Origin: Candidatus Zhuqueibacterota bacterium
GTDB taxonomy: Bacteria; Zhuqueibacterota; Zhuqueibacteria; Thermofontimicrobiales; Thermofontimicrobiaceae
Direction of reading: 5' to 3'
DNA: 64,000 nucleotides
Assembly (NCBI GenBank): GCA_049322915.1
Contig: JBMOPW010000035.1
Span: forward strand, 96,001 to 160,000
This document shows, in pieces, positions 18,589 to 29,098 of this stretch (position 1 is the first letter of the stretch; every line of letters starts with the position of its first letter). A model generated the notes under the pieces. It searched no databases, was not told the DNA's origin, and was given only the letters and a program-made list of their open reading frames with translations. The translations under genes and the position numbers were made by a program.

Positions 18589-20762
18589 TTGCTCCGTAAT
18601 TCAAAAACCCCGTCCCAATCTTCCGAGCGCGGATGTTCGATGAAGATCTTGCAGCGCCGCACAAATTCCTGAGACGGACCATCGGCCGGATTGAGCGACA
18701 GCGCCTTTTGAAATAAATTATAGGCGCGAATCCAGTCGCGGTCGCGGTACATTTCCAGACCTTTGACAAAATACTCCAGGCTGCTGGAGAGCACGGGATT
18801 GATGTTATCCGATTTTCTATCGATGACTTCATAAATACGCACCGGCCGCTTCTTGCCTTTGACGCGAATGAAATCCAGTTCTCGACACCATATTTTTTCG
18901 TGGATGAGCTGGAACGTGTCCTCGCTGATCATGATGGATGTGCCGTACATTTTATTGGCGCCCTCCAGCCGCGACGCCAGATTGACGCTATCGCCAATGG
19001 CTGTGTAATCGAACCGATTTTTACTGCCGATATTGCCGGCAATCATCGGCCCGGAATTGATGCCGATTCGTTTTTCGAACATCGGTTTGCCCTCTTTGGC
19101 CCACCGTTTTCGCAGCTCGACCAATTCCTTCTGCATGTCCAGCGCCGCGTAACAGGCGCGCAGGGCGTGATCCTCCTGTGGCACCGGAATGCCGAAAATC
19201 GCCACGATGGCATCGCCTTCATATTTGTCCAGATAGCCCTCGTACGTCAGCACAATCTCCGTCATCACGGACAGATATTCATTGAGCACAGCCACCAGAT
19301 TCTCCGGCTCCAGGTTTTCCGAGACAGTGGTAAAGTTTTTGATATCCGAGAAGAACGCTGTGGCGACTTTTCGCTCGCCTCCCAACTTGAGCATGTTGGG
19401 ATCTTTGAGCAATTCATTCACCACTGTCGCTGAAATATAATTCTGGAACATACCTTTGATTTTACGCTTGTCTTTCAGTTCATCGATATAGCGGTAGCTG
19501 ATCACCGCGATGTAGCAGAAAATGATGCCGATGATGGGGCGGACATTTTCCACCCAGAGATTTCTATTTTCAAAGGCGATGAACGTCATGTAGATGAAAC
19601 CAGCGGCGATGAGCAGGATGATGGGAATATTGATGCGCATTTTGAAAAATGGCGCAATGGCGCCGATGGCGATGCACAATAAAATGAGCGTGATATGACT
19701 GATGTGCTTGGAATTTTCATAAATATAATCCTGCGTGAGGATGTTGCAGAGAATATTGGCATGAATTTCCACGCCGGGGAATGCGCTCTGAAACGGCACC
19801 GGACGCAGGTCGTACAGCCCGGCAGCCGACGCACCGACGATCACCACTTTGCCGTCAAAAAATTCCGGCGGGACGCGGTTGGTGTACACATCGTAAAAGG
19901 ATACGTAGCGAAACGTCTGGTACGAGCCTTTGTAATTGATCAACAAGTACCCGTTATCATCGATGGGGATATCCCGAATTTCGCTACCATCTCCTGATTT
20001 AATTTTGAGCCGGATGAACTCGCCGGGCCGAATTTCGATCTGGTCGGGCTGAATGTCGTACAGATAAATCACCATGGCCATGGCCAGCGACGGATAGAGC
20101 CGGCCGGCGAAATTCATGAAGAGAGGCATTTTTCGGATGACACTGTCATCGTCCGGCTGGAAGTTGGCAAATCCCAATTTTTGTGAGGCGTTGTACAGTG
20201 GAATCAATTTGCCATCGAAGCGATCGACCTGGGGAAATTGCGCCACAATATGCTGTGGAAATTCATACGAAAACCGAAGCGTATCCAGTCCGGCCGGCGC
20301 CGCATCCATTTTATAGAGGAATGCCTCCGGCTCCGCTTTGGAGAATGACAGAGCGTGCACCACGTTGTTGGCTTTTTGGGTCGCGCGGACCAGCATGGTA
20401 TCGGCCACACGGTCGATATCCTGTTCCATGAACAGCATATCGAATCCCAGCACCAGCGTGCCAGCCTCGGCCATGCTCGTGCTGATCTGCGCGTAATAAT
20501 CGCGCGGCCACTGATGAAACCGGCCCAGTTTATTCAAGCTGCGATTGTCAATGTCAACGACGACAATATCATCGATAGTCTGGCCGGCGCGCTCGGCTTC
20601 CAGCTTGCGGATCTTGGTCGAGTAGCGCAGATCCAGGCTTTTAGATTCAAAATTATCGAATATATCAGGGAAGAAAACTTCGGTGATTAGAATGATTGCG
20701 ATGGCCGTTGTCAGTCCCAGTCCAACCCCAAAAATCAAACGCCGTAAAAGAGTTTTGCCCAT
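18585..20762 (-). CDS. CHASE2-domain class III adenylate/guanylate cyclase with C-terminal TPR
   Basis: CHASE2 (IVVVDID…WPR…D.D..IR…PGVEIHAN) and 3 TM segments. Cyclase motifs FSDIKNFT, DKYEGDA, RIGINSG and GDSVNLASRLE. Confidence 0.95.
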   Translation of the reverse strand: MGKTLLRRLIFGVGLGLTTAIAIILITEVFFPDIFDNFESKSLDLRYSTKIRKLEAERAGQTIDDIVVVDIDNRSLNKLGRFHQWPRDYYAQISTSMAEAGTLVLGFDMLFMEQDIDRVADTMLVRATQKANNVVHALSFSKAEPEAFLYKMDAAPAGLDTLRFSYEFPQHIVAQFPQVDRFDGKLIPLYNASQKLGFANFQPDDDSVIRKMPLFMNFAGRLYPSLAMAMVIYLYDIQPDQIEIRPGEFIRLKIKSGDGSEIRDIPIDDNGYLLINYKGSYQTFRYVSFYDVYTNRVPPEFFDGKVVIVGASAAGLYDLRPVPFQSAFPGVEIHANILCNILTQDYIYENSKHISHITLILLCIAIGAIAPFFKMRINIPIILLIAAGFIYMTFIAFENRNLWVENVRPIIGIIFCYIAVISYRYIDELKDKRKIKGMFQNYISATVVNELLKDPNMLKLGGERKVATAFFSDIKNFTTVSENLEPENLVAVLNEYLSVMTEIVLTYEGYLDKYEGDAIVAIFGIPVPQEDHALRACYAALDMQKELVELRKRWAKEGKPMFEKRIGINSGPMIAGNIGSKNRFDYTAIGDSVNLASRLEGANKMYGTSIMISEDTFQLIHEKIWCRELDFIRVKGKKRPVRIYEVIDRKSDNINPVLSSSLEYFVKGLEMYRDRDWIRAYNLFQKALSLNPADGPSQEFVRRCKIFIEHPRSEDWDGVFELRSK

Positions 20763-20825
20763 GGATCGCTCCCATTAAATTAGTGATTCCTCGCAATTGA
20801 ACTCAGGTTCATGGCGCATGTGAAT

Positions 20826-21617
20826 CTATTTCTCCAACAACTCGCCGTAATAAATGAACGCCACCTGTCCGACGAGCTTTATTTCCGAAATCGATTCATC
20901 AAAATCAACCTGCAACACGCCGCCGGGTGCGTGCACGGTGATAGGCCGGCGCATTCCGCGCTGTTTCACGGCCAGAATCGCCGACGAAACCGTGCCTGTC
21001 CCGCACGCAAGCGTCTCCTCCTCCACACCGCGTTCGTAGGTTCGCAGCTTCATGGTTCGGTCGTCCAGAATTTGAGCAAAATTTGTATTCGTGCCCCACG
21101 GCTGGAACGCCGCGTGATGACGATATTTCCGGCCAATTCGCTCCACATCCACCCGGTCCACGTCCGGCACAAATAGCACATAATGGGGCACGCCCACATT
21201 CACGTACCCACCCTCGGCGAAGTCCGGCTCTTCCACGACGCCAGGGTTTTCCCGAACCTCCACCGGCGCCGGCATGGTGAGGCTCACCCAATCGTCGCGG
21301 ACTTCAGCGCGGTATTCCACGCCCAGCACATCAAAGCGCACCGCGGCCGGAGCGATGTTGTGTTTGAATGCATAATACGCTGCTGCGCGCGCGCCATTGC
21401 CGCACATCTCTCCGATGTAACCGTCGGAGTTGTAATAGACAAGGGAGAAATCGCTGACAGCGCTGCGCTGAATGAGCAAAATACCATCCGCTCCAACCGA
21501 GCGTCGGCGCTGGCAGATGCGGTGAAAAAACGCATGCTCGTCGCCTCGCAGCCGGCCGTCGCGATTGTCGATGAGAATGAAGTCATTGCCGGTGGCTGAT
21601 ATCTTTGTAAATTGCAT
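20826..21617 (-). CDS. dapF: Diaminopimelate epimerase
   Basis: FTK…GNDF, MCGNGAR, GVPH, NTNF and RTYERGVEEETLACGTG. Adjacent to lysA. Confidence 0.96.
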   Translation of the reverse strand: MQFTKISATGNDFILIDNRDGRLRGDEHAFFHRICQRRRSVGADGILLIQRSAVSDFSLVYYNSDGYIGEMCGNGARAAAYYAFKHNIAPAAVRFDVLGVEYRAEVRDDWVSLTMPAPVEVRENPGVVEEPDFAEGGYVNVGVPHYVLFVPDVDRVDVERIGRKYRHHAAFQPWGTNTNFAQILDDRTMKLRTYERGVEEETLACGTGTVSSAILAVKQRGMRRPITVHAPGGVLQVDFDESISEIKLVGQVAFIYYGELLEK

Positions 21618-21851
21618 CGTTGATCTTTCGGTCTTGGGAATACACATTGTCTTGCCTCAATAAAGTGAGAAGCGAGAGGCGAGAAGTAACTTTGGAACAC
21701 ACATTGTCTTGCCGGAATCCATCCAGCCAGACCATTGGAAATTCTGTACCGGTTCAATTTCATCCCCCGGAACACTTTGCTGATTCGATGGCCAGGATGC
21801 TTCAGCCGCTCCATCCCGGTGAATTGAGTTCGAATTATCGAATCGACATTT

Positions 21852-23108
21852 CTACAGCAGATCCTCCACCCGCTCGCGTTCCCGAATGACTTCGGCGCTG
21901 GCGCCATCCACCCATACCTCTGCCGGGCGCGGCCGGGTATTGTAGTTGCTGGACAGAGAATAGCCATACGCCCCAGCGGACATGACGGATAGTAAATCGC
22001 CGCGTTTCATCCGGGGCAGCATTCTCTCTTTTGCAAGAAAATCGCCAGTCTCGCATATCGGCCCAACCACATCGGCCATCTCTCTGGCGCTGGTGTCGTG
22101 GCGCAGCGGCACGATTTGATGATAGGCGCCGTACAGGCTGGGACGGATCAAATCGTTCATCCCGGCATCGACGACGATGAATTTTTTATCCCGCGATTCC
22201 TTCACATACAGCACGCGGGTCATCAGCGCGCCGGTCTCGGCGATAATGGAGCGGCCCGGTTCAAACAGAATTTCGCAATTCAATGGGCTCAGCACTTCGA
22301 TCACTTTCCGGGCTAGATCGTCCGGGTGAGGGACTGCTTCCTCCGCTGGCTCGGCGTACTCCGGGATCAGGTCAGGATAATGGACGCCCAGTCCGCCGCC
22401 AATGTCGACATGCTGGATGCGAATCCCTTCGTCCCTGAGCTGGTTGACAAAATTGAAGAGCTTCTTCGCGGTGGCCACATAATATTCCAGATTCAAAATC
22501 TGGGAGCCGATGTGACAATGAACTCCGACAATCTCGATGCCGGCCATGCCATGCGCCTGTTTGAAAACTTCCAACGCCTGATTGATGTCAATGCCGAATT
22601 TATTGATGGATTTGCCGGTGGAAATATAGGGATGGCCGTGAATATCGATGTCCGGATTCACGCGGATGGCGACCGGCGCCTTCCTGCCCATGCGCTGCGC
22701 GATGGCGTCGATGATTTCCAGTTCAGGAATCGACTCCACATTGAAAGCAAGGATGCCGCTCTGTATGCCATATTTGATCTCTTCGTCGGTCTTGCCAACG
22801 CCGGCGTAGACAATTTTATTGGCCGGAATGCCGGCTTTCAGAAATAGAAATAATTCCCCTCCGGACACCACATCGCCGCCGCTGCCCAGCGAGGCCATGA
22901 GCTTCAGAATCTGGAAATTAGAATTTGCCTTGGCCGCATAGCAGACCACGTGGTTCACCGGTGCAAAGGCTTTATCGATGGTTTGATAGTTCCCGACGAT
23001 CATTTTTTTGCTGTACACATACAATGGCGTGCCGTGCTCTGCAGCCAGGTCAGCCATTTTCACTTCATCACAATAAAACTCATTGTTTTGATACCGAAAC
23101 AGATTCAT
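21852..23108 (-). CDS. lysA: Diaminopimelate decarboxylase
   Basis: GTPLYVY, YAAKAN (PLP Lys), HCHIGSQI, DIGGG, EPGR, GPICETGD, GAYG and SNYN. Confidence 0.98.
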   Translation of the reverse strand: MNLFRYQNNEFYCDEVKMADLAAEHGTPLYVYSKKMIVGNYQTIDKAFAPVNHVVCYAAKANSNFQILKLMASLGSGGDVVSGGELFLFLKAGIPANKIVYAGVGKTDEEIKYGIQSGILAFNVESIPELEIIDAIAQRMGRKAPVAIRVNPDIDIHGHPYISTGKSINKFGIDINQALEVFKQAHGMAGIEIVGVHCHIGSQILNLEYYVATAKKLFNFVNQLRDEGIRIQHVDIGGGLGVHYPDLIPEYAEPAEEAVPHPDDLARKVIEVLSPLNCEILFEPGRSIIAETGALMTRVLYVKESRDKKFIVVDAGMNDLIRPSLYGAYHQIVPLRHDTSAREMADVVGPICETGDFLAKERMLPRMKRGDLLSVMSAGAYGYSLSSNYNTRPRPAEVWVDGASAEVIRERERVEDLL

Positions 23109-23298
23109 AGTCTCTCCACTTCTTCAGTTAATGTTCCATCATCGTGACAATGGCGGCCAGCGTCCGTCCTGGTGACGACCATCAGAGGCGCTCCAGTTTC
23201 GCTGACTGCACCGACTTCGCGTCGCGTTATTATCAATCCTAAGTATGAATGTTCGGAATATCTATTGCCTCGCAAGTCAGTCAGGTCTCTCCTGCCAT

Positions 23299-24978
23299 TC
23301 ACTTTTTAAACATAATATCTTCGCCCTCGGTCGGCCATTGCGAGCGCACTTTTACCGAATCGGCATAAAAGACAAATCGTTCGGCTGGTTGAAACGGGAC
23401 GATTTTCCCGAAGCTGTAGACGCCGTTGCTGTCAGCGTCGCGAAAAGCCTGGATGGTGTAGACGCCAGGCAGGATGTTTTCGAAACGATAGGCCCCGGCA
23501 GAATCGACCATGATCGTATAGGAAAATTTTTCGCTCTGAGCGGTCACGTGAAATTTTCCAGTCGCGCCTTCATCCTCATCGGTTATTTTCCCGCGAATGG
23601 CCGTGAGTGTATCCGCATTCAGGGTTCTGAAATACACGCTGAACAGACTATCGGACAGGCTGTTCCCGGCGAGATCGCGCACCGAGTCGACCGGAGCGGA
23701 GATCAAATAACCGGTGAAACTTTTCAGCGCCGCGGCCGGGTGAAAGATGAACTCGGCCGGATTTTTCCATTCGAAAGCGCCCGAAATTTTCTCGCGCGAC
23801 TGATCCTCCACGTGGAAATGCGACTCGATACTCTCCCGCTGCATCGCTTCGGAAAACGCGAATCGTATCTCCGTGTTGAGTTCCACACCCTTGCTGCTGT
23901 CATCGATGCTCTTAAAATTCAATCGCGGTTGCAGCGTATCGGAAATTGTCTTGCCATCAAAGAAGATAGAGCAATAAGCAGTATCCAGGCCATTGCCGGC
24001 GAGGTCGAGAATCTGCTGAGCCGAAAGCTCGTAGGGTATCGCCGATTGGAGCGCCGTCGTCAAAATCACATGGGAAGGTTCTGTTGAATTTTGATAGCAC
24101 GACTTGATCGGCAAAATATCGTTCGGGTCTTGTTCGGACGCAATGGTGAAATAGCGCGCCGGGTTTTCGACCTGGAACGACGCTATAGCTTCGCTGAACC
24201 GAAGCGCGACGGTCGAATTATCCAGCGCCAGGGCCGATTTCACTTTCGGCCCGATCGTATCTTCAGCAGTCACCTTGAAATTCACACCCCTCACAAGCCG
24301 ATTATCCAGTGTCAATTGGACATCGCCGTTGGGAATGCCGATATTTTCCACACCTCGCGTGTATTTTCGATTCTTGTCTTTATCGCCAAATGCAAAAATC
24401 CGATAGCTGCCCGGCGCCACATACATCAAGGTGTAATCCCCTGTTTTGCTGCATTGCGTGTAATAGTCAGCTAAAATCTCCGCGGGATTGGGGTCAGTGC
24501 CGGCCAAAATCTGGTACGCGCACACCAGCATGCCTTCCACGCCGGAACTGCCATGCACTTTTCCGCTGATCTGGCCGGTGTCTATGATGTCCCCGGTCGA
24601 AAAAGCGATGGAAAACGATTCGCGCATTTTATTATTTCGCAAATCGCTGGTTTGAGCGCCCACTGTCAGCACATAGGTTTTTTGGGCTTTGAGGCTATCG
24701 CCGAATGTCAGGTTCAACTTCTCGCCGCGCCATTTGAATGTCATTTCTTCCGATGGCCAGGGCGAAATAAATATCGCATCCTCGACCGACTTCTTCGTGA
24801 CGGCCTCGCTGAACACAATCTGAACCGACGTATTCAACCGGACATTCGTCGTCCCGGCAGCCGGAGAGATGCTGATAATTTCGGGCGGCGCTGTATCGGT
24901 CGGTCCGCCGGATGGCGGCATCTGTTTCGCGCACCCGATAAACAGGATGATCAATAAAATACGATGGAGTGTCTTCAT
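23299..24978 (-). CDS. Lipoprotein with bacterial Ig-like (Big_5) domains
   Basis: Lipobox FIG-C followed by AKQMPPSGGP.D..PP. Repeated 'F.E…D..GN' Ig-like units and Dx[DN]x[DN] loops. Confidence 0.85.
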   Translation of the reverse strand: MKTLHRILLIILFIGCAKQMPPSGGPTDTAPPEIISISPAAGTTNVRLNTSVQIVFSEAVTKKSVEDAIFISPWPSEEMTFKWRGEKLNLTFGDSLKAQKTYVLTVGAQTSDLRNNKMRESFSIAFSTGDIIDTGQISGKVHGSSGVEGMLVCAYQILAGTDPNPAEILADYYTQCSKTGDYTLMYVAPGSYRIFAFGDKDKNRKYTRGVENIGIPNGDVQLTLDNRLVRGVNFKVTAEDTIGPKVKSALALDNSTVALRFSEAIASFQVENPARYFTIASEQDPNDILPIKSCYQNSTEPSHVILTTALQSAIPYELSAQQILDLAGNGLDTAYCSIFFDGKTISDTLQPRLNFKSIDDSSKGVELNTEIRFAFSEAMQRESIESHFHVEDQSREKISGAFEWKNPAEFIFHPAAALKSFTGYLISAPVDSVRDLAGNSLSDSLFSVYFRTLNADTLTAIRGKITDEDEGATGKFHVTAQSEKFSYTIMVDSAGAYRFENILPGVYTIQAFRDADSNGVYSFGKIVPFQPAERFVFYADSVKVRSQWPTEGEDIMFKK

Positions 24979-25427
24979 GAAACCTGATGGTTAATGTTCA
25001 CCGCTGGAAATTGGACGTTCTGTCGCTGTAAAAAAAGTCACTGTCACAATCTTCACATCGCGGAAAAGCCATAATTTTAACAATAAAGCACATCTCGGTT
25101 GCTGTGGCGGATCGCGCTGGCAGTGCATACAGGCGCGACTCTGTCGTCATGCGACAGCATCGAGTTGATAACAATTTTTCAATCTATCCGAGGTGTAAAT
25201 CACTGTAAAAATAAATAAACCAAAGTCAAATAGCAAGGTTTTTTTAGAATATTTCTCAACGCCGCACGGGCGAAGCTCCCCATTATTTTGCTAAATTTCA
25301 GCATCTGTGAAACTGACAGACTGTTTAGATCGTTCTATAACTATCCGAAAATTAATAAATTTTTAGATTTCCCAGATTCAAAGCAACGACAGGTGGTGTC
25401 CAGTCGGAAACGCTCTTCGGAGGTAGT

Positions 25428-26120
25428 ATGATTTTTAAAACCAGACAATTCACTATTGGCATTTCTATCATCGTTATCGGGCTATTTGTGCTGCTCACAA
25501 ATCTGCAGGTCATTTCGTTCGATTCCCAATTCTACTGGGGACTGGCATTCCTGCTGCTAGGCGTTGTGTCGCTGAATATTTTCAGCTTGAACACCGTGCG
25601 ACGCGGCCGGCTGATTTTCGGGATCATTCTGATAATCATCGGTCTGCTGATGATTCTCGACTCCCTGAATTTCGTCCCGGATGGCGTTCAATCCGCTCTA
25701 TTCTTCTGGGCAGGCGCGGCGCTCTTTATCGCATTCTACATCCGCAACAATCGCCACTGGTGGAGCATCATACCCGGCGGATTATTCATCATCTTTGGAA
25801 CGCTCACTATACTCGAGGATTCCCGGCTATTCGAGGACGATATGTTATGGGTCGTCTTTCTCGCAGGCCTCAGCCTGATTTTCTGGTTTCTGTATTTGAT
25901 CAAAGACGAAGCCAATCAACTTGATTGGACGATTCGTCCGGCTCTTGTATTCACTATCATCACGGTCACGGTCATGTTCCTCACATGGACCGATCAATTC
26001 GAAGCCTTGTGGTTTCCGGTTGCTGTGATTCTCTTAGGCGGCTATCTGGTGATTTCGAAATTCATCTCTGGAAGCAATGATAAACCGCCCCATTCGGATG
26101 TCCCTCCCACGAATTCCTGA
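25428..26120 (+). CDS. Multi-pass membrane protein (LiaF/LiaI-like TM repeats)
   Basis: SD GGAGG, about 8 TM segments, 'W..IPGG' and 'WFPVAVILLG' motifs. Confidence 0.75.
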   Translation: MIFKTRQFTIGISIIVIGLFVLLTNLQVISFDSQFYWGLAFLLLGVVSLNIFSLNTVRRGRLIFGIILIIIGLLMILDSLNFVPDGVQSALFFWAGAALFIAFYIRNNRHWWSIIPGGLFIIFGTLTILEDSRLFEDDMLWVVFLAGLSLIFWFLYLIKDEANQLDWTIRPALVFTIITVTVMFLTWTDQFEALWFPVAVILLGGYLVISKFISGSNDKPPHSDVPPTNS

Positions 26121-26165
26121 TTCAATTTCTTACACCAATGACAGAATACCAAAGCGAGGCGATTC

Positions 26166-27014
26166 ATGGACATGGACACCCAAATTGACAATGCAGCAAT
26201 CGAACTACAAAAAGCAGATGCGCTGCTCATAACCGCCGGCGCAGGCATTGGCGTGGATTCCGGACTGCCCGATTTTCGCGGGAACACCGGCTTCTGGAAA
26301 GCTTATCCGCCCATGGCCAGACTGGGGATTTCGTTTCATGAAATGGCCAATCCGCGCTGGTTCGACCAGGATCCCACGTTAGCATGGGGTTTTTATGGCC
26401 ATCGGCTAAATCTCTATCGCTCGACTGAACCGAACGCCGCTTTTTACCAGCTCAAGGAAATAGCCGAAAAAAAGCCGGCCGGCTATTTCATCTTCACCTC
26501 GAATGTGGATGGCCAATTTCAAAAAGCCGGATTCGCAGACGATCGGATTGAAGAATGCCACGGCTCCATCTATCATCTTCAATGCGTCTCCAACTGCAAC
26601 GACACTATCTGGAGGGCCGATGGCATCAATGTGACTGTGGACGAGAACAGCTTCAGGGCGATTCCTCCGCTGCCTTCCTGCCGAACCTGCGCCGGCCTGG
26701 CGCGGCCCAATGTGCTGATGTTCGGCGATTGGACCTGGCTCGCGTACCGCGCTGAAATCCAGGCTGATTCATTTCGAGCATGGCTGCGCCAGGTGGCGAA
26801 AAGCAATGCGCGAATCGTTGTCATCGAAATCGGCGCCGGTGAAAGCGTCCCGACCGTCCGAAGGCGTTCTGAAACTATCGTCGCAAACTTCAACGCGCGC
26901 CTCATCCGCATCAATCCCCGGGATTATGACGCGCCGCGTGACTCTATTTCCATTCCCTGCGGCGCCGCAGAAGGGATGGAAAAAATTTATCAGCAACTTC
27001 AGCACATGGGGTGA
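26166..27014 (+). CDS. Sir2-family NAD-dependent deacylase
   Basis: AGAGIGVDSGLPDFRG, TSNVD, HG, Zn-binding Cys pairs, RPNV.MFG and RINP. Confidence 0.93.
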   Translation: MDMDTQIDNAAIELQKADALLITAGAGIGVDSGLPDFRGNTGFWKAYPPMARLGISFHEMANPRWFDQDPTLAWGFYGHRLNLYRSTEPNAAFYQLKEIAEKKPAGYFIFTSNVDGQFQKAGFADDRIEECHGSIYHLQCVSNCNDTIWRADGINVTVDENSFRAIPPLPSCRTCAGLARPNVLMFGDWTWLAYRAEIQADSFRAWLRQVAKSNARIVVIEIGAGESVPTVRRRSETIVANFNARLIRINPRDYDAPRDSISIPCGAAEGMEKIYQQLQHMG

Positions 27015-27073
27015 AATGAGTAGCTATTCGTATTCCCAAAAAATTCAGTCAATATCAACGAAAGGGAGGATTT

Positions 27074-27529
27074 ATGGAATATGAGCACAGACAAACAGCC
27101 TTTGTTATCATTGTCCCAATCACAATTCTTTGCATGATTGCGGTGGCGATTCTACCGGCTTACAACGCGCTTCAGCATCCGACACTGACCGTGGTGATTG
27201 CATTTCTCGTGGCAATGGCTCTTTTTTATGATCTGAAAGTGAAGATAAGCCATAACACAATTTTATGCAGCTTCGGGATCGGGCTGATTCAACGGAGAAT
27301 TCCAATTTCAGAGATCGCCGAAGCGAAGACGGTTCAAAATCCGTGGTATGCAGGATGGGGCATCCGCTGGCTGCCAGGGCAGTACTGGATGTGGAACGTC
27401 TCGGGCCTTCAGGCCGTCGAACTGATCTTTAAGGATGGCCGACGATTTCGGATCGGTACGGATGAACCTGAAAAACTTGCTTCGGCGATTCAGATGAATC
27501 TGTCACTCACGTCCCAGGCAGGCAATTAA
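27074..27529 (+). CDS. Hypothetical membrane protein (2 TM plus bacterial PH-like domain)
   Basis: SD GGGAGG, two TM segments, 'GWGIR…WNVSG…IGTDEP' motif. Confidence 0.8.
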   Translation: MEYEHRQTAFVIIVPITILCMIAVAILPAYNALQHPTLTVVIAFLVAMALFYDLKVKISHNTILCSFGIGLIQRRIPISEIAEAKTVQNPWYAGWGIRWLPGQYWMWNVSGLQAVELIFKDGRRFRIGTDEPEKLASAIQMNLSLTSQAGN

Positions 27530-27572
27530 CTGAAAATGAAACCGCCTCGTTCATTAAACTGGCCATGACATA

Positions 27573-28832
27573 ATGGACACTTCTCATAGATTATCCCGCA
27601 ATATTCGTCTCTTCTATTATCAGCACTTTCTGGTCGGGCTTTCCACGATGTGGGCGCCCATCATCGTCATTTTTCAAATGCAGGCCGTCGGGCTATCGCT
27701 CACTCAGGTCATGGTTGGCGAATCAATTTTTGCAGCGACCATTGTCCTGTTCGAAGTGCCCACCGGCGTGTTCGCCGATCGAATGGGAAGAAAAATGACA
27801 TTGATCGCCGGTATGACGTTCTTTGTCTGCGCAATGGTCGTCTTCACTCTGGCGACCAATTTCGCGCTGGTGATTATCAGCCAGATTCTTTTCGGTCTCG
27901 CCACCGCCTTTCAGTCCGGTGCGGACTCGGCGCTGCTGTTCGATTCGCTGAAAGCACTGAATCAGGAAACTGAATATCAAAAAGTGCTGGGCCGGGCCCA
28001 AACAATCAGTTACCTCACCGCAATTCCCATGAATATTGCAGGCGGGTTGATCGCCGCCCGGTTCGGCTTCCGACTGACGATAGCGCTCTCCACAGTCATC
28101 ACGGCGGTCAGCCTGATCAATTTCTTTATGCTCTTCGAGCCGCCAATCTCAATTGAAGGCAAACGCCCCGGGAAAACAGTGCTCTGGCATACCTGGAAAG
28201 CATCGCGCTATATCTGGAAGCATCGCATGGTGCGCTTCACTATTGGGTTTTCCATGGCCATCGGCCTCGGCATGAAGCTGAGTTTCCACACCATGAATCC
28301 TTTTTGGGAACACTGGCACGTCCCGATCAGCTATTTCGGCTTTGCCTTTGCCGGCTACAACCTGGTCGCGGCGCTGTCTTCTCACTACGCCTATCGGATC
28401 ATCAAAAGGCTGGGCGACCTGACGACGCTGCTCTTCCTTCTGGTGCTGGTGAGCGGCACTTTCTTCCTGATGGGAGGTCTATCGTTTGGAATTCTCGGAG
28501 CATTGCTCATCCCGGCGACGTTTCAAATTGTGCGCTCCCTGGAACCCATTGCTACGGACGATATGGTCAATCGAGTCACGTTCAGCCATCACCGCGCCAC
28601 AGTGCTTTCGCTGAAATCCTTTCTCCGACAGGTCACGCAAATCGCTTTGCTGCCTCTGTTTGGCATTCTTTCGGATTCGTACGGATTGACGAGCGCCTAT
28701 GCCTGGACTGGAGCCTTCGTGGTTCTGACAGGTTTACTGGCCTTGTTTCGACTTCATTCCCTGCCGGCGGATTACCGGCACGGGTTCATTCCCGACAGCG
28801 CAAGAATTGCCGAACAGGAAGCGTCTGAGTGA
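27573..28832 (+). CDS. MFS transporter
   Basis: EVPTGVFADRMGRK motif A, SGADSALLFDSL, about 12 TM segments. Confidence 0.93.
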   Translation: MDTSHRLSRNIRLFYYQHFLVGLSTMWAPIIVIFQMQAVGLSLTQVMVGESIFAATIVLFEVPTGVFADRMGRKMTLIAGMTFFVCAMVVFTLATNFALVIISQILFGLATAFQSGADSALLFDSLKALNQETEYQKVLGRAQTISYLTAIPMNIAGGLIAARFGFRLTIALSTVITAVSLINFFMLFEPPISIEGKRPGKTVLWHTWKASRYIWKHRMVRFTIGFSMAIGLGMKLSFHTMNPFWEHWHVPISYFGFAFAGYNLVAALSSHYAYRIIKRLGDLTTLLFLLVLVSGTFFLMGGLSFGILGALLIPATFQIVRSLEPIATDDMVNRVTFSHHRATVLSLKSFLRQVTQIALLPLFGILSDSYGLTSAYAWTGAFVVLTGLLALFRLHSLPADYRHGFIPDSARIAEQEASE

Positions 28833-29098
28833 TGAAGAAAGACTGTTCGTTTCAAATTCGTTCGAGCCGTCATTTGCAAAGAATCCGGCGTCAGAGCTAC
28901 ATTCTGTGAATCAGGTTTCCCGGCTGGCATCATCGCGATTGGCTGTCACTCGTTTGGAGCGATCCGCACGACAATCGCAAGGCCATCCGTTCATCTTCCA
29001 TTGATGCAGCATTACGGGAACTATCGACTGCGCGCCGAATTGGCGCCCGGCCAAAAATTCGCTTGCCTAATAGAAATATTTTTGCTAATATTAGCGCT

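Noticed and set aside
21637..21713. Mini CRISPR array
   Set aside because: Only two 20-bp copies, no third repeat and no cas genes in the window.
23109..23298. Lysine riboswitch upstream of lysA
   Set aside because: A GGAGCGC-like segment exists, but the 5' AGAGGNGC start and the other conserved elements could not be found.
26166..27014. Sir2 anti-phage effector (Thoeris/DSR type) or macrodomain-linked SirTM
   Set aside because: It is a stand-alone sirtuin with the catalytic His and Zn-binding cysteines, in a housekeeping context with no defence or macrodomain partner.
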